NCBI GenBank assembly: GCA_958417225.1
Contig: CATZCM010000003.1
Coordinates: 13,433-77,432, forward strand
Source: an uncultured Eubacteriales bacterium
GTDB taxonomy: Bacteria; Bacillota; Clostridia; Oscillospirales; Acutalibacteraceae
DNA length: 64,000 nucleotides
Direction of reading: 5' to 3'
Shown: in pieces, positions 22,567 to 32,557 of the stretch
Numbering within the stretch: position 1 is the stretch's first letter
Layout of the letters: the number at the start of each line of letters is the position of its first letter
The notes under the pieces: model-generated
Told to the model about the DNA's origin: nothing
What the model saw: the letters and a program-made list of their open reading frames with translations, nothing else
Database searches by the model: none
Translations under genes and position numbers: made by a program

Positions 22567-23520
22567 TTAACGCCCCTGATATTTATTGATTTCACTATCA
22601 ACAATTCTTCCATCTTCAATAATGAGTGCATCTTTCAAAACTTCACCGTAAATTCCATTATTAAGTTCATTAATATATTTCCAAATCACTTCAGAATTGT
22701 TCCACGTGAATGTTTTATAAAATAGTGCCGGCGTATGATCCACAACATAATGCAAAACACCATCGATCATATATGTAGGTTTTTCTATCGTAGTTGGAAC
22801 ACTGGTTTCAATTCCGCCATTCCTATCACAACTCACGTCAATAAGCATCGAATTTTTCTTCATACGTTTCAAATCATCACGATAAATAATATGATCTTTT
22901 CTCATTATATCCCACAGAACGCAATTCACAATAACATCATACTGTCCCAGTTCATCCCGCAACAGTTCTTCCGTTCTTCGATCATACTGGCGAACATCAG
23001 CACCCAACATATTGAGAACTTTGATAGCACCTCGTGCGGTATTTCCACGACCAATAACTGCTACCTTTGTTTCATAAGGCATCTTTGCATAGCACTGAAA
23101 AGCGTGCATGACTGCTGCTTCACCTGCAAGTTCATTGTTTCGCCAAAAGATATGTCGTCCCTTTTGAAACATCTTCTCCCATGCAAATACAGTCAAATTG
23201 CCTGCAAGCAATTTATCAGTGATATCTCGATTCTGAGTTGCATGGACCCATCCAAAAATTGTTTGATAGTCAAGTTCTTGAAGATAATCAGCATCACCAA
23301 TTTTAGGATCACAGATAATATCTTTTAGTAAAACTTCGTCATGGGAAGCAATATAGCTACCACAGGCTTCATATTCTGAATCCTCAATGCCAAGTACATC
23401 ACCATAACCTTTTTCAAAATAAAGCAATTCAGGATGTTCAATATTTTTCAAATGTGCCGGAACAATAGCACGTCTATACTCGTTTTCCTTATGACTTATC
23501 GGAAATCCAACTGTTTTCAT
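22567..23520 (-). CDS. AlaDH/PNT-family dehydrogenase resembling N5-(1-carboxyethyl)-L-ornithine synthase (CEOS)
   Basis: 317 aa. MKTVGFPISHKENEYRRAIVP..., NAD(P) fold VAVIGRGNTARGAIKVLNMLGA. Size and layout fit the short CEOS-like branch rather than the ~370-aa alanine dehydrogenases. Confidence 0.6.
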   Translation of the reverse strand: MKTVGFPISHKENEYRRAIVPAHLKNIEHPELLYFEKGYGDVLGIEDSEYEACGSYIASHDEVLLKDIICDPKIGDADYLQELDYQTIFGWVHATQNRDITDKLLAGNLTVFAWEKMFQKGRHIFWRNNELAGEAAVMHAFQCYAKMPYETKVAVIGRGNTARGAIKVLNMLGADVRQYDRRTEELLRDELGQYDVIVNCVLWDIMRKDHIIYRDDLKRMKKNSMLIDVSCDRNGGIETSVPTTIEKPTYMIDGVLHYVVDHTPALFYKTFTWNNSEVIWKYINELNNGIYGEVLKDALIIEDGRIVDSEINKYQGR

Positions 23521-23588
23521 ACATTTTTCCTCCTTATAATAGGCAGAATAAAGTTCAAAAATACTCTTAGTTTAACTTTTTCACTCTT

Positions 23589-24212
23589 TTAATTTCTGTC
23601 AGTTCCGTGCTCATAAGCGGAACTGCACCATCCCTTAATAAATTTTCCTCCTTCAGTGCACGTGCTTCTACCTTTTTCACTGGCCCATAATTGTGAACAT
23701 TTCCAACTGTAAAACCACAGAGATATACTAACCATCGTCACTGAAAGAAAAACAACCATTGAAACTGATGTTGAATCACAAATATAGGTAAATTTTTCTC
23801 TTAAGACTTTTACTTTATCACTAAAGCGACGCATAACACCACCACCAAACAATGGGCTGAACGAATCAGAAAAGAAAATAAAGCACCCCAAAAACTAAAT
23901 CACAACATGAATTGCTTTTCTGCTTAAATTGCACTTATCAACAATACTTGTAAAGTTTTCAACCACACCACTTTTTTCATAATAAGCAACCATGATACCA
24001 ACCATAATGTTGACTGTTATCACCCAAATGAAATCCTCATTTCCAAGCAATGCTTTCAACAATTCTGTAAAACCAAATATACCCTGTCCTACAAGAAAGC
24101 AAACTAAAATACGTACTGTCGCTAATGACGCAATCGTATTTCTGGTAGCGAAATCCAGTATAACAGCAAGTGCAACTAGTACAATAGGTATCCATTCCAT
24201 CGTTCCCAACAT
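23589..24212 (-). pseudogene. Fragment of an NhaC-type Na+/H+ antiporter gene
   Basis: Two adjacent ORFs (23895..24212, 23589..23891). The second contains ..IFFSDSFSPLFGGGVMRRFSDKVKVLREKFTYICDSTSVS.., which resembles the NhaC motif (IFFDDYAN...MRP..D....SREKL.YIVDSTAAP). Only the first ~200 of roughly 450+ residues remain, ending in unrelated sequence. Confidence 0.55.
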
Positions 24213-24216
24213 AACC

Positions 24217-25584
24217 TTACCATCTCTTTTCTGGAAGAATTAACATTTCTCCCCAGTGTGCATCTGATTCCTTTAACAGATTTGCATCAAATCCACTGTC
24301 CGGATAAAAAGTCATTTCTCCGAAATACACCAAGCCATCAATACAGTACAAATCAACTCGCACATACGAAACTCCTTTACTCAGTTTTTCCGCAATAACG
24401 AACATCTCATCTATGCAATCAGGTTTGGGTAATGTAAAGCCCTCTGGAGCTTCTTTTCCACGGATATTATATTTTTTCAAATTCCATTCTTTATCAAAGA
24501 AATAGAATTTAGGGTGCCCCGTATCACGCTCGGTACATACCATGACGGATTCAGCGACACCATCAAAGCAGAAGAATTTATAATCTACTAATGCTTTTGT
24601 ATCTTTATTGTTGTAGTAAGAATTGGAAATAATTATTGAGCAACCGTCAGAATTTAGTCTGTACCCCCCGGTAGATAATTTGATCCATTCACCCAGCTTC
24701 AAATCCCACTCTTCAGGCTTAAATTCTTCAAATCCACTAGCTGGATAAAATGTAATCTCACCAAAATACACTTTTTCATTGATTTCATAAAAATCAATTC
24801 TTGCAAAAGGCATTTTTTCAGAAAGCTTTGCAGCTAATTTTTTCATCAATTCATACTGTTTTGGACGCTGAATCGGTAAGATAGCGTTGCCATGAGCAGG
24901 TCTTTGTACATTCAGATGGTTCCATGCTTCGTCGTAAAAATCTTCTTTTAAGCCATCTTTTGTAAAACGCTCACTACACACCAGTGTCATACGAGGCACA
25001 CCATCAAAGCAGAACAATTTATAATCACGTAAATCGTCTGCCATATATTGTTCGGCAATAATTCTGTGTGGGACATTTTTATAAGGCCATTCGCGTCCAT
25101 TATAAAAATAATCATGCTTAAGCGACATATTTATTTTCTTTTTCGCCATAGCTATATCCAATTTAGACTTATCTCTACATATAACAAGTCCACCACTGTC
25201 ATGAGTACATTTCAACACAAACTGATTTGGAAGAGCATCAAAATCAATACCATCAAAATTATCCCACACTCCCAGTGTTGGTATGATATACTCTTTTCCG
25301 ATTTTATCAGCAACATACTCCTTTACTGCATACTTATCAACCATTGTTGTGTATTCTGGCTTTCTGTCATAGAGTCTAAGCCACTGAAGTTTCTGATTAA
25401 ATGTTTTTGGATTTTTCAAATCGAGCTCTTCATTCATCATTACCGGATAGTACATCTTTAGGAATACTTTATCTGGTAGTAATGGTAAGATTCCAGCGAC
25501 TCTGAAGCATTTTATAATAATTTTATAGAATATAAATTTGGGTCTGATACCCATATGTCTATTTCTCGATTTTATTCCGCCCAT
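24217..25584 (-). CDS. ATP-grasp fold amidoligase (TupA-like), one full domain plus a second C-terminal half-domain
   Basis: Residues ~35-310 form a complete TupA-like unit (..KNPKTFNQKLQWLRLYD.., ..VLKCTHDSGG.., ..DYKLFCFDG.., ..RIDFYEINEKVYFGEITFYPASGF..). Residues ~335-455 repeat the second half (..DYKFFCFDG.., ..RVDLYCIDGLVYFGEMTFYPDSGF..). The start could be ATG 25554 instead of 25584. Confidence 0.75.
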   Translation of the reverse strand: MGGIKSRNRHMGIRPKFIFYKIIIKCFRVAGILPLLPDKVFLKMYYPVMMNEELDLKNPKTFNQKLQWLRLYDRKPEYTTMVDKYAVKEYVADKIGKEYIIPTLGVWDNFDGIDFDALPNQFVLKCTHDSGGLVICRDKSKLDIAMAKKKINMSLKHDYFYNGREWPYKNVPHRIIAEQYMADDLRDYKLFCFDGVPRMTLVCSERFTKDGLKEDFYDEAWNHLNVQRPAHGNAILPIQRPKQYELMKKLAAKLSEKMPFARIDFYEINEKVYFGEITFYPASGFEEFKPEEWDLKLGEWIKLSTGGYRLNSDGCSIIISNSYYNNKDTKALVDYKFFCFDGVAESVMVCTERDTGHPKFYFFDKEWNLKKYNIRGKEAPEGFTLPKPDCIDEMFVIAEKLSKGVSYVRVDLYCIDGLVYFGEMTFYPDSGFDANLLKESDAHWGEMLILPEKRW

Positions 25585-26162
25585 GTGACACCCTTCTTAA
25601 TAATTTTTGCAGGCACACCTACTACCATTGAACATGGTTCATCAATCTTTCCGGAAACAATTGAGCCGGCACCTACTATCGTATTATCAGCTATAGAACT
25701 ACCTTTTAAAATCTTTACGCCTAACCCAATCCAAACATGCTTACCAATTGAGACACTAGCATCTGGATTAATACGTTTTCCCATAGCGTCAAAAATATAA
25801 TGATAATCCGTGGAATGAATTTCTATATTGTTGGATAACAAAGAATTCTCTCCTATACTAATTTTAGTCCCATTGCAAGCATTAATTACTGTTGGTTGTA
25901 ATGGTGAAGCGTTTATATGTACTCCTCTTCCCAAGATGATCTCGTTATTATTTCCTTGAAGTAACATACGAACTCCGTTTAACGAACACCCATTGCTTAT
26001 GACCAATTTATTGTTACTACCAATAATTCGAATGCGGCAGTTCTGAATTTTAGAGGAAAAATCACGTTCTACTACATTCCCTCCCCCCCGAATTATTATT
26101 TTATTTTTCCCAAAATAAAATAATAGAATATTTCTAATTCTTTTCAATTTATTCTTATCCAT
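25572..26162 (-). CDS. Hexapeptide-repeat (LbH) O-acetyltransferase
   Basis: Left-handed beta-helix repeats and the C-terminal ..IGKHVWIGLGVKILKGSSIADNTIVGAGSIV..VVGVPAKIIK. Contains a G7 run (C7 at 26083-26089) that is currently in frame. Confidence 0.8.
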   Translation of the reverse strand: MDKNKLKRIRNILLFYFGKNKIIIRGGGNVVERDFSSKIQNCRIRIIGSNNKLVISNGCSLNGVRMLLQGNNNEIILGRGVHINASPLQPTVINACNGTKISIGENSLLSNNIEIHSTDYHYIFDAMGKRINPDASVSIGKHVWIGLGVKILKGSSIADNTIVGAGSIVSGKIDEPCSMVVGVPAKIIKKGVTWAE

Positions 26163-26193
26163 CTTACTTCTCCTGATAACAATTCATGCGTAT

Positions 26194-27099
26194 TTAAGAA
26201 TGACCAATAACCAAAAACTTAGGATTACCCATAAGGTCATTTCCTAAATCTCCTACATCATTAATTGTAAATCCATTTTTCCAAAGAATATAAGGAAACG
26301 GTATCTGATCTCTTTTAGTATTACTTCTTAAATATTCTTTCCACCACTGCTCAGTAATCTTTCTGGCATTTGGATTTTTTAAATCATATACAATAACTGT
26401 TGCTTCACACAAACCAAAATTCTCTGGAAAACCTTCATCTCGAAATCTTTGAAGTTGCTCCTGAATCTTCTCGAAATTTCCTCTTTTATAATATTTACAC
26501 GCCAATGCCTCTTGGTAAGCGCACTCGCGCTCATGATGACGATGCATTGCGATCCCAGTTTTTGATTTTTCTGCAATACTGCAAATGGTTGACACATCAG
26601 ACAATACCTTCACATTGCCATCCGTATATATTGCAAAATCATACCCGTGAAAAACATCAAATGGATGAAATTTATAATATCTGTTGGCGTCACTGATATA
26701 TTCGCCACAATCAATTAAATGTTCTTTCCATATACCCGTATTACCATTCAAACTATCTGTAAAAATATGATAAGTTGTATCATCACCGACATAGATAGGT
26801 TGCTTAACAACGTCATAGCCTCCAGTTATGCATCCATACACCGCAATTTTGGCATTCTCAATCAGTTCACCAAAATTATAATAGGGCTTATAATTTTTTA
26901 TGGATTTAACAAATTTTCTAATTTTTTTATCACCGGTTTTAGAAAGTAGTTTTTTTCTAAGTAATCTATGTCGGTCCTTGGAACTTGCTTCCTTCAGGCG
27001 CTTAATATTACGAACTAATCTTACAACTGACGAATGATATAAGGTAATATAATCTTTAAATAATTCTTCATTTTTTATTATCTGATCTATATCCTTCAT
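26194..27099 (-). CDS. DUF616-type putative glycosyltransferase
   Basis: ..IAVYGCITGGYDVVKQP..YHIFTD..YYKFHPFDVF..YDFAIYTDGNVKV..QIPFPYILW.. matches the DUF616 pattern as I recall it. Confidence 0.65.
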   Translation of the reverse strand: MKDIDQIIKNEELFKDYITLYHSSVVRLVRNIKRLKEASSKDRHRLLRKKLLSKTGDKKIRKFVKSIKNYKPYYNFGELIENAKIAVYGCITGGYDVVKQPIYVGDDTTYHIFTDSLNGNTGIWKEHLIDCGEYISDANRYYKFHPFDVFHGYDFAIYTDGNVKVLSDVSTICSIAEKSKTGIAMHRHHERECAYQEALACKYYKRGNFEKIQEQLQRFRDEGFPENFGLCEATVIVYDLKNPNARKITEQWWKEYLRSNTKRDQIPFPYILWKNGFTINDVGDLGNDLMGNPKFLVIGHS

Positions 27100-27101
27100 T
27101 T

Positions 27102-28196
27102 TTATCTCCTCACATTAACAAATCCATCAAACATAAATACCGGTTTTAATACTGTTTCATATGGGCAATAGATATAAGATATCATCACAAGCAATACCAT
27201 TAACACTAAAATAAAAATTATTTTATCCCGTGAATATCTTGGAGGTGTTATGTACATTCCAGTAATGACAAACAGTATTGAATATCCCATTTCCAGAAAT
27301 CTATGGTAATTTCTGTCAAGTAACAAGAACGGCAATGTCAACAGTAATATTTCTATTGCCATGCCATTATAATTTGCCACATAGAAAGAACTATCATCAG
27401 ATGAAATTGTTGTGCCCTCAAAAGCTCTATTCGATAACAAATATGAAGAAAGAATATAAGCCATTAACCAAACAATAAATATCAGCACAATCCATGTTAA
27501 GGATGAGGGAGTGATACTATCAGTCAGATATCTTGCTGATAACCTCGGATTTAAATACCGGCTGACTATACTCACAATAGGATTAAGGAATATTACCATG
27601 AATAAAGTCAATCCAGCAGTAATCAAAACAAATAGTTTTCTGTCATAATGTTTCATTTTAACCAGCAGAAGCAGTAAAAACATCACACATGAAATATGAA
27701 TGAGAAAAGCTACTGCAATAAATCCTAGATATTTCACCCTTGAAAGTTTTTCACTGGTAACTAATATGCTGTATCCAACAAAAACAACGCAAAAAGCAGT
27801 GAAAAATTTAAACTGCACCAACTGAATTATTGATGGAAATATCAAAAATAAGCCAAAGTACAAATTTTCATTTCCACCAAGGCGTCGTACAGCATTATGC
27901 ATCAAATAATAATCTAAAAACAGCATGACAACTACCATGCCTCTATAGTTGAACCCGATAAAATAAAACAATTTATTTAGACACGCCCAAATAACTCCTG
28001 TTGTTTGAGCCGCAACCGGTAATTCAACATAATTAACATATTCAAACAAAGGAACATAGTTGCTTAAATCTGCATAGGACGTAGAAGTAACTGGAAGGAA
28101 TGCCATTAAAGATGCGGCAAGTACCCATGTGGATTTTTCTGTTCTCTTAATAAACAGAATATAGAAGATAAATATGGCATATGGAATTATCAGCAT
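27102..28196 (-). CDS. wzy: EpsG-family membrane protein / putative Wzy polymerase
   Basis: 364 aa, about 10 TM segments, low-complexity hydrophobic, located between glycosyltransferases in a Wzx-containing locus. Confidence 0.6.
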   Translation of the reverse strand: MLIIPYAIFIFYILFIKRTEKSTWVLAASLMAFLPVTSTSYADLSNYVPLFEYVNYVELPVAAQTTGVIWACLNKLFYFIGFNYRGMVVVMLFLDYYLMHNAVRRLGGNENLYFGLFLIFPSIIQLVQFKFFTAFCVVFVGYSILVTSEKLSRVKYLGFIAVAFLIHISCVMFLLLLLVKMKHYDRKLFVLITAGLTLFMVIFLNPIVSIVSRYLNPRLSARYLTDSITPSSLTWIVLIFIVWLMAYILSSYLLSNRAFEGTTISSDDSSFYVANYNGMAIEILLLTLPFLLLDRNYHRFLEMGYSILFVITGMYITPPRYSRDKIIFILVLMVLLVMISYIYCPYETVLKPVFMFDGFVNVRR

Positions 28197-29314
28197 TATC
28201 TTCTCTCCTCGAACTCATCTAACGAATCTTTTATCGCCTTCAGGTATTCATATCTATACTTCTCATCTGGTTCCAGATATCCCCCTTCTGCCCACTCATT
28301 CCAGGCAAAGATAAATACCATATCCTGCTTAAACTCCTTCTCTGCTTTATCAAGTAGTTGTGTAAAGAACTTTTTAAAATCCACAGGATTTGCATTTTCT
28401 ACTACCATTCCTCTTTTGCCTTTTCTTGGAGTATTATCCCAATCAACGAAAGCACACGGAACACTAATTGATGTGTTAGTCTTTGAATTAAGAATATAAT
28501 TCCAAATTTCTGCATAATCGCATCTTTGTAGTCCTTTGAGAACCTGAAGTTTTTCTCTCATGTTGAATTTTAATCTCTTTTCAACAAAAACCAAAAAATC
28601 TTTTTTGATGCGTTGTAACAGTGACAGATTTTTCAATGCAAAAACCCAGTTCGGCTGATATTCTATTGCATAACTAAACAGTTCATCATGCCGATTACTG
28701 CTTAAATAATAGCTAACATTCTGATATGCGTATTCAATACCGTCAAATCCATTTTGTTTTGCCAACTGGTTCCAGTAAGTCAACATTTCATCTAAGCAAT
28801 CTATAAGTTCAGGTCTATAGATAACAAGGAGTGGTTTATTATTATTTACTATATATCTATCATCTTTGAAATAATCTAACAAGTAATCAAAATGTTCTTT
28901 CCACTCATTTTTTCCACCATAGGACTGCTGCATAATTACATCAGCAGAGCCATTAGCCCACGTGTTTGTCCAACTTTCATTTGCCCAACAAAGGCAGAAA
29001 TGTGTATCCAACTCTTTTCTTTGCAAAAATGCTTCTACCGGTTTTTCTAATAGTTTTTTTCCCGAAAACCAGTAATGATAGAAGCAGAATCCATAGATGC
29101 CATATTCGTTTGCCAATTCTACTTGCCACTTCATCGTCTCAGGGTCTAACAAATTATAATAATTTTTATTCAAGGGGACTCTTGGCTGATAGTGATTTGG
29201 AAATAATGGTGTTGCTTTTTTTACATTTACCCATTCAGTAAACCCCTTTCCCCACCATTTATCATTTTCAGGAATACTATGGAATTGTGGCAGATAAAAC
29301 GCAATTACCTTCAT
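28196..29314 (-). CDS. WbsX-like glycosyltransferase (GH99-like domain)
   Basis: MKVIAFYLPQFHSIPENDKWWGKGFTEWVNV... is the hallmark WbsX N-terminus. Start set at ATG 29314, giving an ATGA overlap with the upstream stop. Confidence 0.75.
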   Translation of the reverse strand: MKVIAFYLPQFHSIPENDKWWGKGFTEWVNVKKATPLFPNHYQPRVPLNKNYYNLLDPETMKWQVELANEYGIYGFCFYHYWFSGKKLLEKPVEAFLQRKELDTHFCLCWANESWTNTWANGSADVIMQQSYGGKNEWKEHFDYLLDYFKDDRYIVNNNKPLLVIYRPELIDCLDEMLTYWNQLAKQNGFDGIEYAYQNVSYYLSSNRHDELFSYAIEYQPNWVFALKNLSLLQRIKKDFLVFVEKRLKFNMREKLQVLKGLQRCDYAEIWNYILNSKTNTSISVPCAFVDWDNTPRKGKRGMVVENANPVDFKKFFTQLLDKAEKEFKQDMVFIFAWNEWAEGGYLEPDEKYRYEYLKAIKDSLDEFEERR

Positions 29315-30663
29315 GAAACACTCTCCTTTTTCATTTTGCATACTTCTTCATACATTAATAGAATTTTATGACAATGCTCATCAAACGACTCGAAATTACC
29401 CTTAAGAATATTACAGTTCATTATTTTCAAACAATCTCGATTAGATATAATCTTTAAAAGGACACCTTCAAAATTCTTCTCGTTAATAATAAAACCATTT
29501 TTTTTATCTTGTACTAAGTCTCGGGCGCCTACACTGTCCGAGACAACAACCGGGACTCCATAGCTCAATGCCTCTAATACTGTAAATCCAAAAGTCTCAT
29601 AACACACACTCGGTGCAACAAGAATATCGGATTCATCCATTATTTTCTCCAGTTGAGAATAATCATATCTATCACCATGCTTTTTGATATAACTCCTTTC
29701 CATTGGTGTATAAGTATATATATTTAGCAGAAAATTATTATTGCTTAAGCTCACACTATCTAGAGTTTTGATAAGCCAATCAAATCCTTTTATAGAAGTT
29801 GCCGGACCTAAATAGGTTATTCTTAGCTTTGCCGAATCAAATGCCTTCTCCTTTCGATGGTCTTTAACATCCAAGTGCGAAATATTGACTATATCACCTT
29901 TTAAAGAAGGAAGTTCTCTATGGAATACCCATTCAGTTACAGAACTATTGAAATGAAACCAGTCAATCTTCTCAAATGTTTTAGCGTATTTATGCTTCAA
30001 ATTCTTATAAAATGACAAATCATTTACTGTAATACCCTCAGATACATTATCTGTCTGTTCAATTTTCTTTTTTGCAGTGCCTTTAATTTCAAGAAACAGT
30101 TTATTTTTCCGCAGCTTACAAAATAGCTTAGAATGGATAATATATGTTTTCGCTCGTGAAAAAGCATATTTATTACATTTCGGGCAGTCTACACAGCTAT
30201 TCCAATTTTCACATTTTTTATTATGGTAAACATATATTTGTTTTGGGCATAATCCAAAATAATCATGTGTTGTATATATTGTTGGAATATTCAACTCATT
30301 TGCAGCATCAATAAACTCCTCATACAGTCCAATCATTGTATGAATATGTATCACTTCAATTTTATTCTTTTCAAAAAAATTCTTCCACATGGAAGTAAGA
30401 GTATGCTTTGTTAAGTATTCCTTATCTTTCAATCCAAACAGCATTGGTAGACTTAATGGATTAACAATTGAATATACAGGCACTCCTTTTTTATTTTTTT
30501 CTCTTTTTATCGATACCTTACTGCTTAACAACCTGTATTCACCTGGATATAGAATCATAACGCTGTTGTCCTTAGATTGACACGCAACTAAATCATCTAC
30601 ATATTTTGTTAATCCACCACCCCGGTTTTCTCCAAGGCCAACGGTATAGTGTAATATCTTCAT
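29311..30663 (-). CDS. Family 4 (GT-B) glycosyltransferase
   Basis: 450 aa. N-terminus MKILHYTVGLGENRGGGLTKYV and C-terminal E..G....EA...G.PVV motif (..ETFGFTVLEALSYGVPVVVSD..). Confidence 0.75.
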   Translation of the reverse strand: MKILHYTVGLGENRGGGLTKYVDDLVACQSKDNSVMILYPGEYRLLSSKVSIKREKNKKGVPVYSIVNPLSLPMLFGLKDKEYLTKHTLTSMWKNFFEKNKIEVIHIHTMIGLYEEFIDAANELNIPTIYTTHDYFGLCPKQIYVYHNKKCENWNSCVDCPKCNKYAFSRAKTYIIHSKLFCKLRKNKLFLEIKGTAKKKIEQTDNVSEGITVNDLSFYKNLKHKYAKTFEKIDWFHFNSSVTEWVFHRELPSLKGDIVNISHLDVKDHRKEKAFDSAKLRITYLGPATSIKGFDWLIKTLDSVSLSNNNFLLNIYTYTPMERSYIKKHGDRYDYSQLEKIMDESDILVAPSVCYETFGFTVLEALSYGVPVVVSDSVGARDLVQDKKNGFIINEKNFEGVLLKIISNRDCLKIMNCNILKGNFESFDEHCHKILLMYEEVCKMKKESVS

Positions 30664-30721
30664 CTGGTTTTCCTCAAATTCATTTTATAAAACTAAACAT
30701 TAAGTATTTAGAGAAGAAAAA

Positions 30722-31552
30722 TTAAAAACTACCTTCATATTTTTTATTGAACAGCTTTGCTTTTAAAAAAGCGGATCCTTTCTTCCTCCAATTGATTTTC
30801 TCCATATGCATATATGGTAATTCTTTAATTTCTTCTTTTTTTAAACGTCCTGATTTTATCTGATAATCCACCCATACATTAAAGATAATCTCTGATACTC
30901 TGCCATAAAATCTCCCTTTAAAGGCACTGAGCGAAGTGGAGTCAATCCGTTTTTCTAATTCAAATAAAATGTCAAATAACCATGTGCAATATTCATTCAA
31001 CAGACTTTTCTCGGCAATCATCATATTAAACATATATCCGTAACGATGCTTGAGTACATGATCGCAACTGTCTAAATACTGAGGATATTTTTCCTTTATA
31101 ATTTCTCTCGTTTCATCTATCTGATTGGAATAATGGGTGTGTTTATAATGACTATATAATGTTTCTATATAATATCTTCGTTTGCTTGGAACAAACAATT
31201 TCACTCTTCCAAAATAAGGCTTAATTTCGTTATACGTGAGAATCCCTTTCCACGGATCATTACCTTTTTTCTTTCCAAAATGCCGTCTATAATGTGCAAG
31301 TCCAATGTAATCATCTTCAATGTTTTTCCATGCCCAATATAAACCTGTAAGCTCACAGAAACTTGCATTAAGTTCAGATATATTATCACCAGTGTTGTCT
31401 TTTGCATAACCAAGATTCAGTTCATTATCAGCACTATCTATTTTTCCCTCAGCACCTATATGTAGAGGAAGGTACATTTCATCATCTGGCATTCTATATT
31501 TTTTATGTGTTGCTACAACTATCTTGACCGTTTTTCCTTTTTCCATATTCAT
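30722..31552 (-). CDS. DUF4422-family putative glycosyltransferase
   Basis: ..VKIVVATHKKYRMPDDEMYLPLHIGAEGK...FCELTGLYWAWKN..DYIGLAHYRRHF.. is typical of DUF4422. Confidence 0.7.
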   Translation of the reverse strand: MNMEKGKTVKIVVATHKKYRMPDDEMYLPLHIGAEGKIDSADNELNLGYAKDNTGDNISELNASFCELTGLYWAWKNIEDDYIGLAHYRRHFGKKKGNDPWKGILTYNEIKPYFGRVKLFVPSKRRYYIETLYSHYKHTHYSNQIDETREIIKEKYPQYLDSCDHVLKHRYGYMFNMMIAEKSLLNEYCTWLFDILFELEKRIDSTSLSAFKGRFYGRVSEIIFNVWVDYQIKSGRLKKEEIKELPYMHMEKINWRKKGSAFLKAKLFNKKYEGSF

Positions 31553-31562
31553 CCCCTCATAA

Positions 31563-32533
31563 TCATAAAATCACCTGATCCATGTCATAATACTTATACT
31601 CACCAAGATGACAACCAAAAATCACTTTATTCTCTGCATCTACCAGCTTTTTATACTCTGAATCAAGCAAACCATATAATACGGCCCATCGCCCGGTTTC
31701 CATTCACTGCTATATTCACGACTAATGATAGTCTTCGGCAAGTCATTTCCGCTCTCGTCCCTACCAAACTCAAACCACTTGTGCTCAATAATGCGAGTCC
31801 ACGGCGTTTCGCGGTCGGTACAGTTCACTGCGGCATTGCCCTGGAAGTTTGGCTTGTCCAAAATTTCCGTTTCAAAACGGACGGAACGATACTCCAGCGT
31901 ACCCAGCTTATAGTCAAAATAAGCATCTATCGGTCCTGTGTATACCCCTTATTAGCCAATGCATCCAACTCTACCTTATTCTCCAGATAGTCTGTGTTAA
32001 AACGAACTTCAATCCCATCCAGTAGATTAGCAATCATCTTGGTATAACCACCAACAGTAATACCCTGATAAAGAGCATTAAAGTAGTTGTTATCAAAAGT
32101 CAGACGAACTGGAAGTCTTTTGATGATAAAGGACGGCAGCTCTTTACAGTCGCATCCCCACTGCTTCTCAGTGTAGCCTTTGATGAGTTTCTCATAGATA
32201 TCACGACCCACAAGAGAAATAGCCTGTTCTTCAAGATTCTGCGGCTCGTGGGTGGATTTCTTTACGCTGCTTCTCAATCTTGGCCACAGGTGAGTTGGTA
32301 AACCGATTTAACTCAACAAACTGTGTAATATAATTCCAAACCTTTTTATTTGGTGTGGAAGATATGGGCACCGTATTTGTGGGTATTGATGCTCTCGACA
32401 TTTTCGGTGTAGATATTGCCAACAATGTTTGGGCGTTTGTCGACAACCAAAACAGATTTACAATGAGCCTTGGCTTCATGTGCAAAAATAGCTCCATAAA
32501 GTCCTGAGCCTACTACTAAATAATCATATATAT
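31563..32533 (-). pseudogene. glf: UDP-galactopyranose mutase gene, multiply disrupted
   Basis: Glf-like pieces in shifting frames: IYDYLVVGSGLYGAIFAHEA..HKYGAHIFHTK* / NKKVWNYITQFVELNRFTNSPVA-KIEKQRKEI / NLEEQAISLVGRDIYEKLIKGYTEKQWG.. / YTGPIDAYFDYKLGTLEYRSVRFETE..PWTRIIEHKWFEF..SREYSSEWKPGDGPYY / ..VIFGCHLGEYKYYDMDQVIL*. At least four frame changes (near 32346, 32255, 31945, 31680). About 35 codons appear deleted after NSPVA. ATA sits where the ATG is expected. Confidence 0.85.
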
Positions 32534-32557
32534 TCCGTCTTTCCCCTCATCTCTTCC

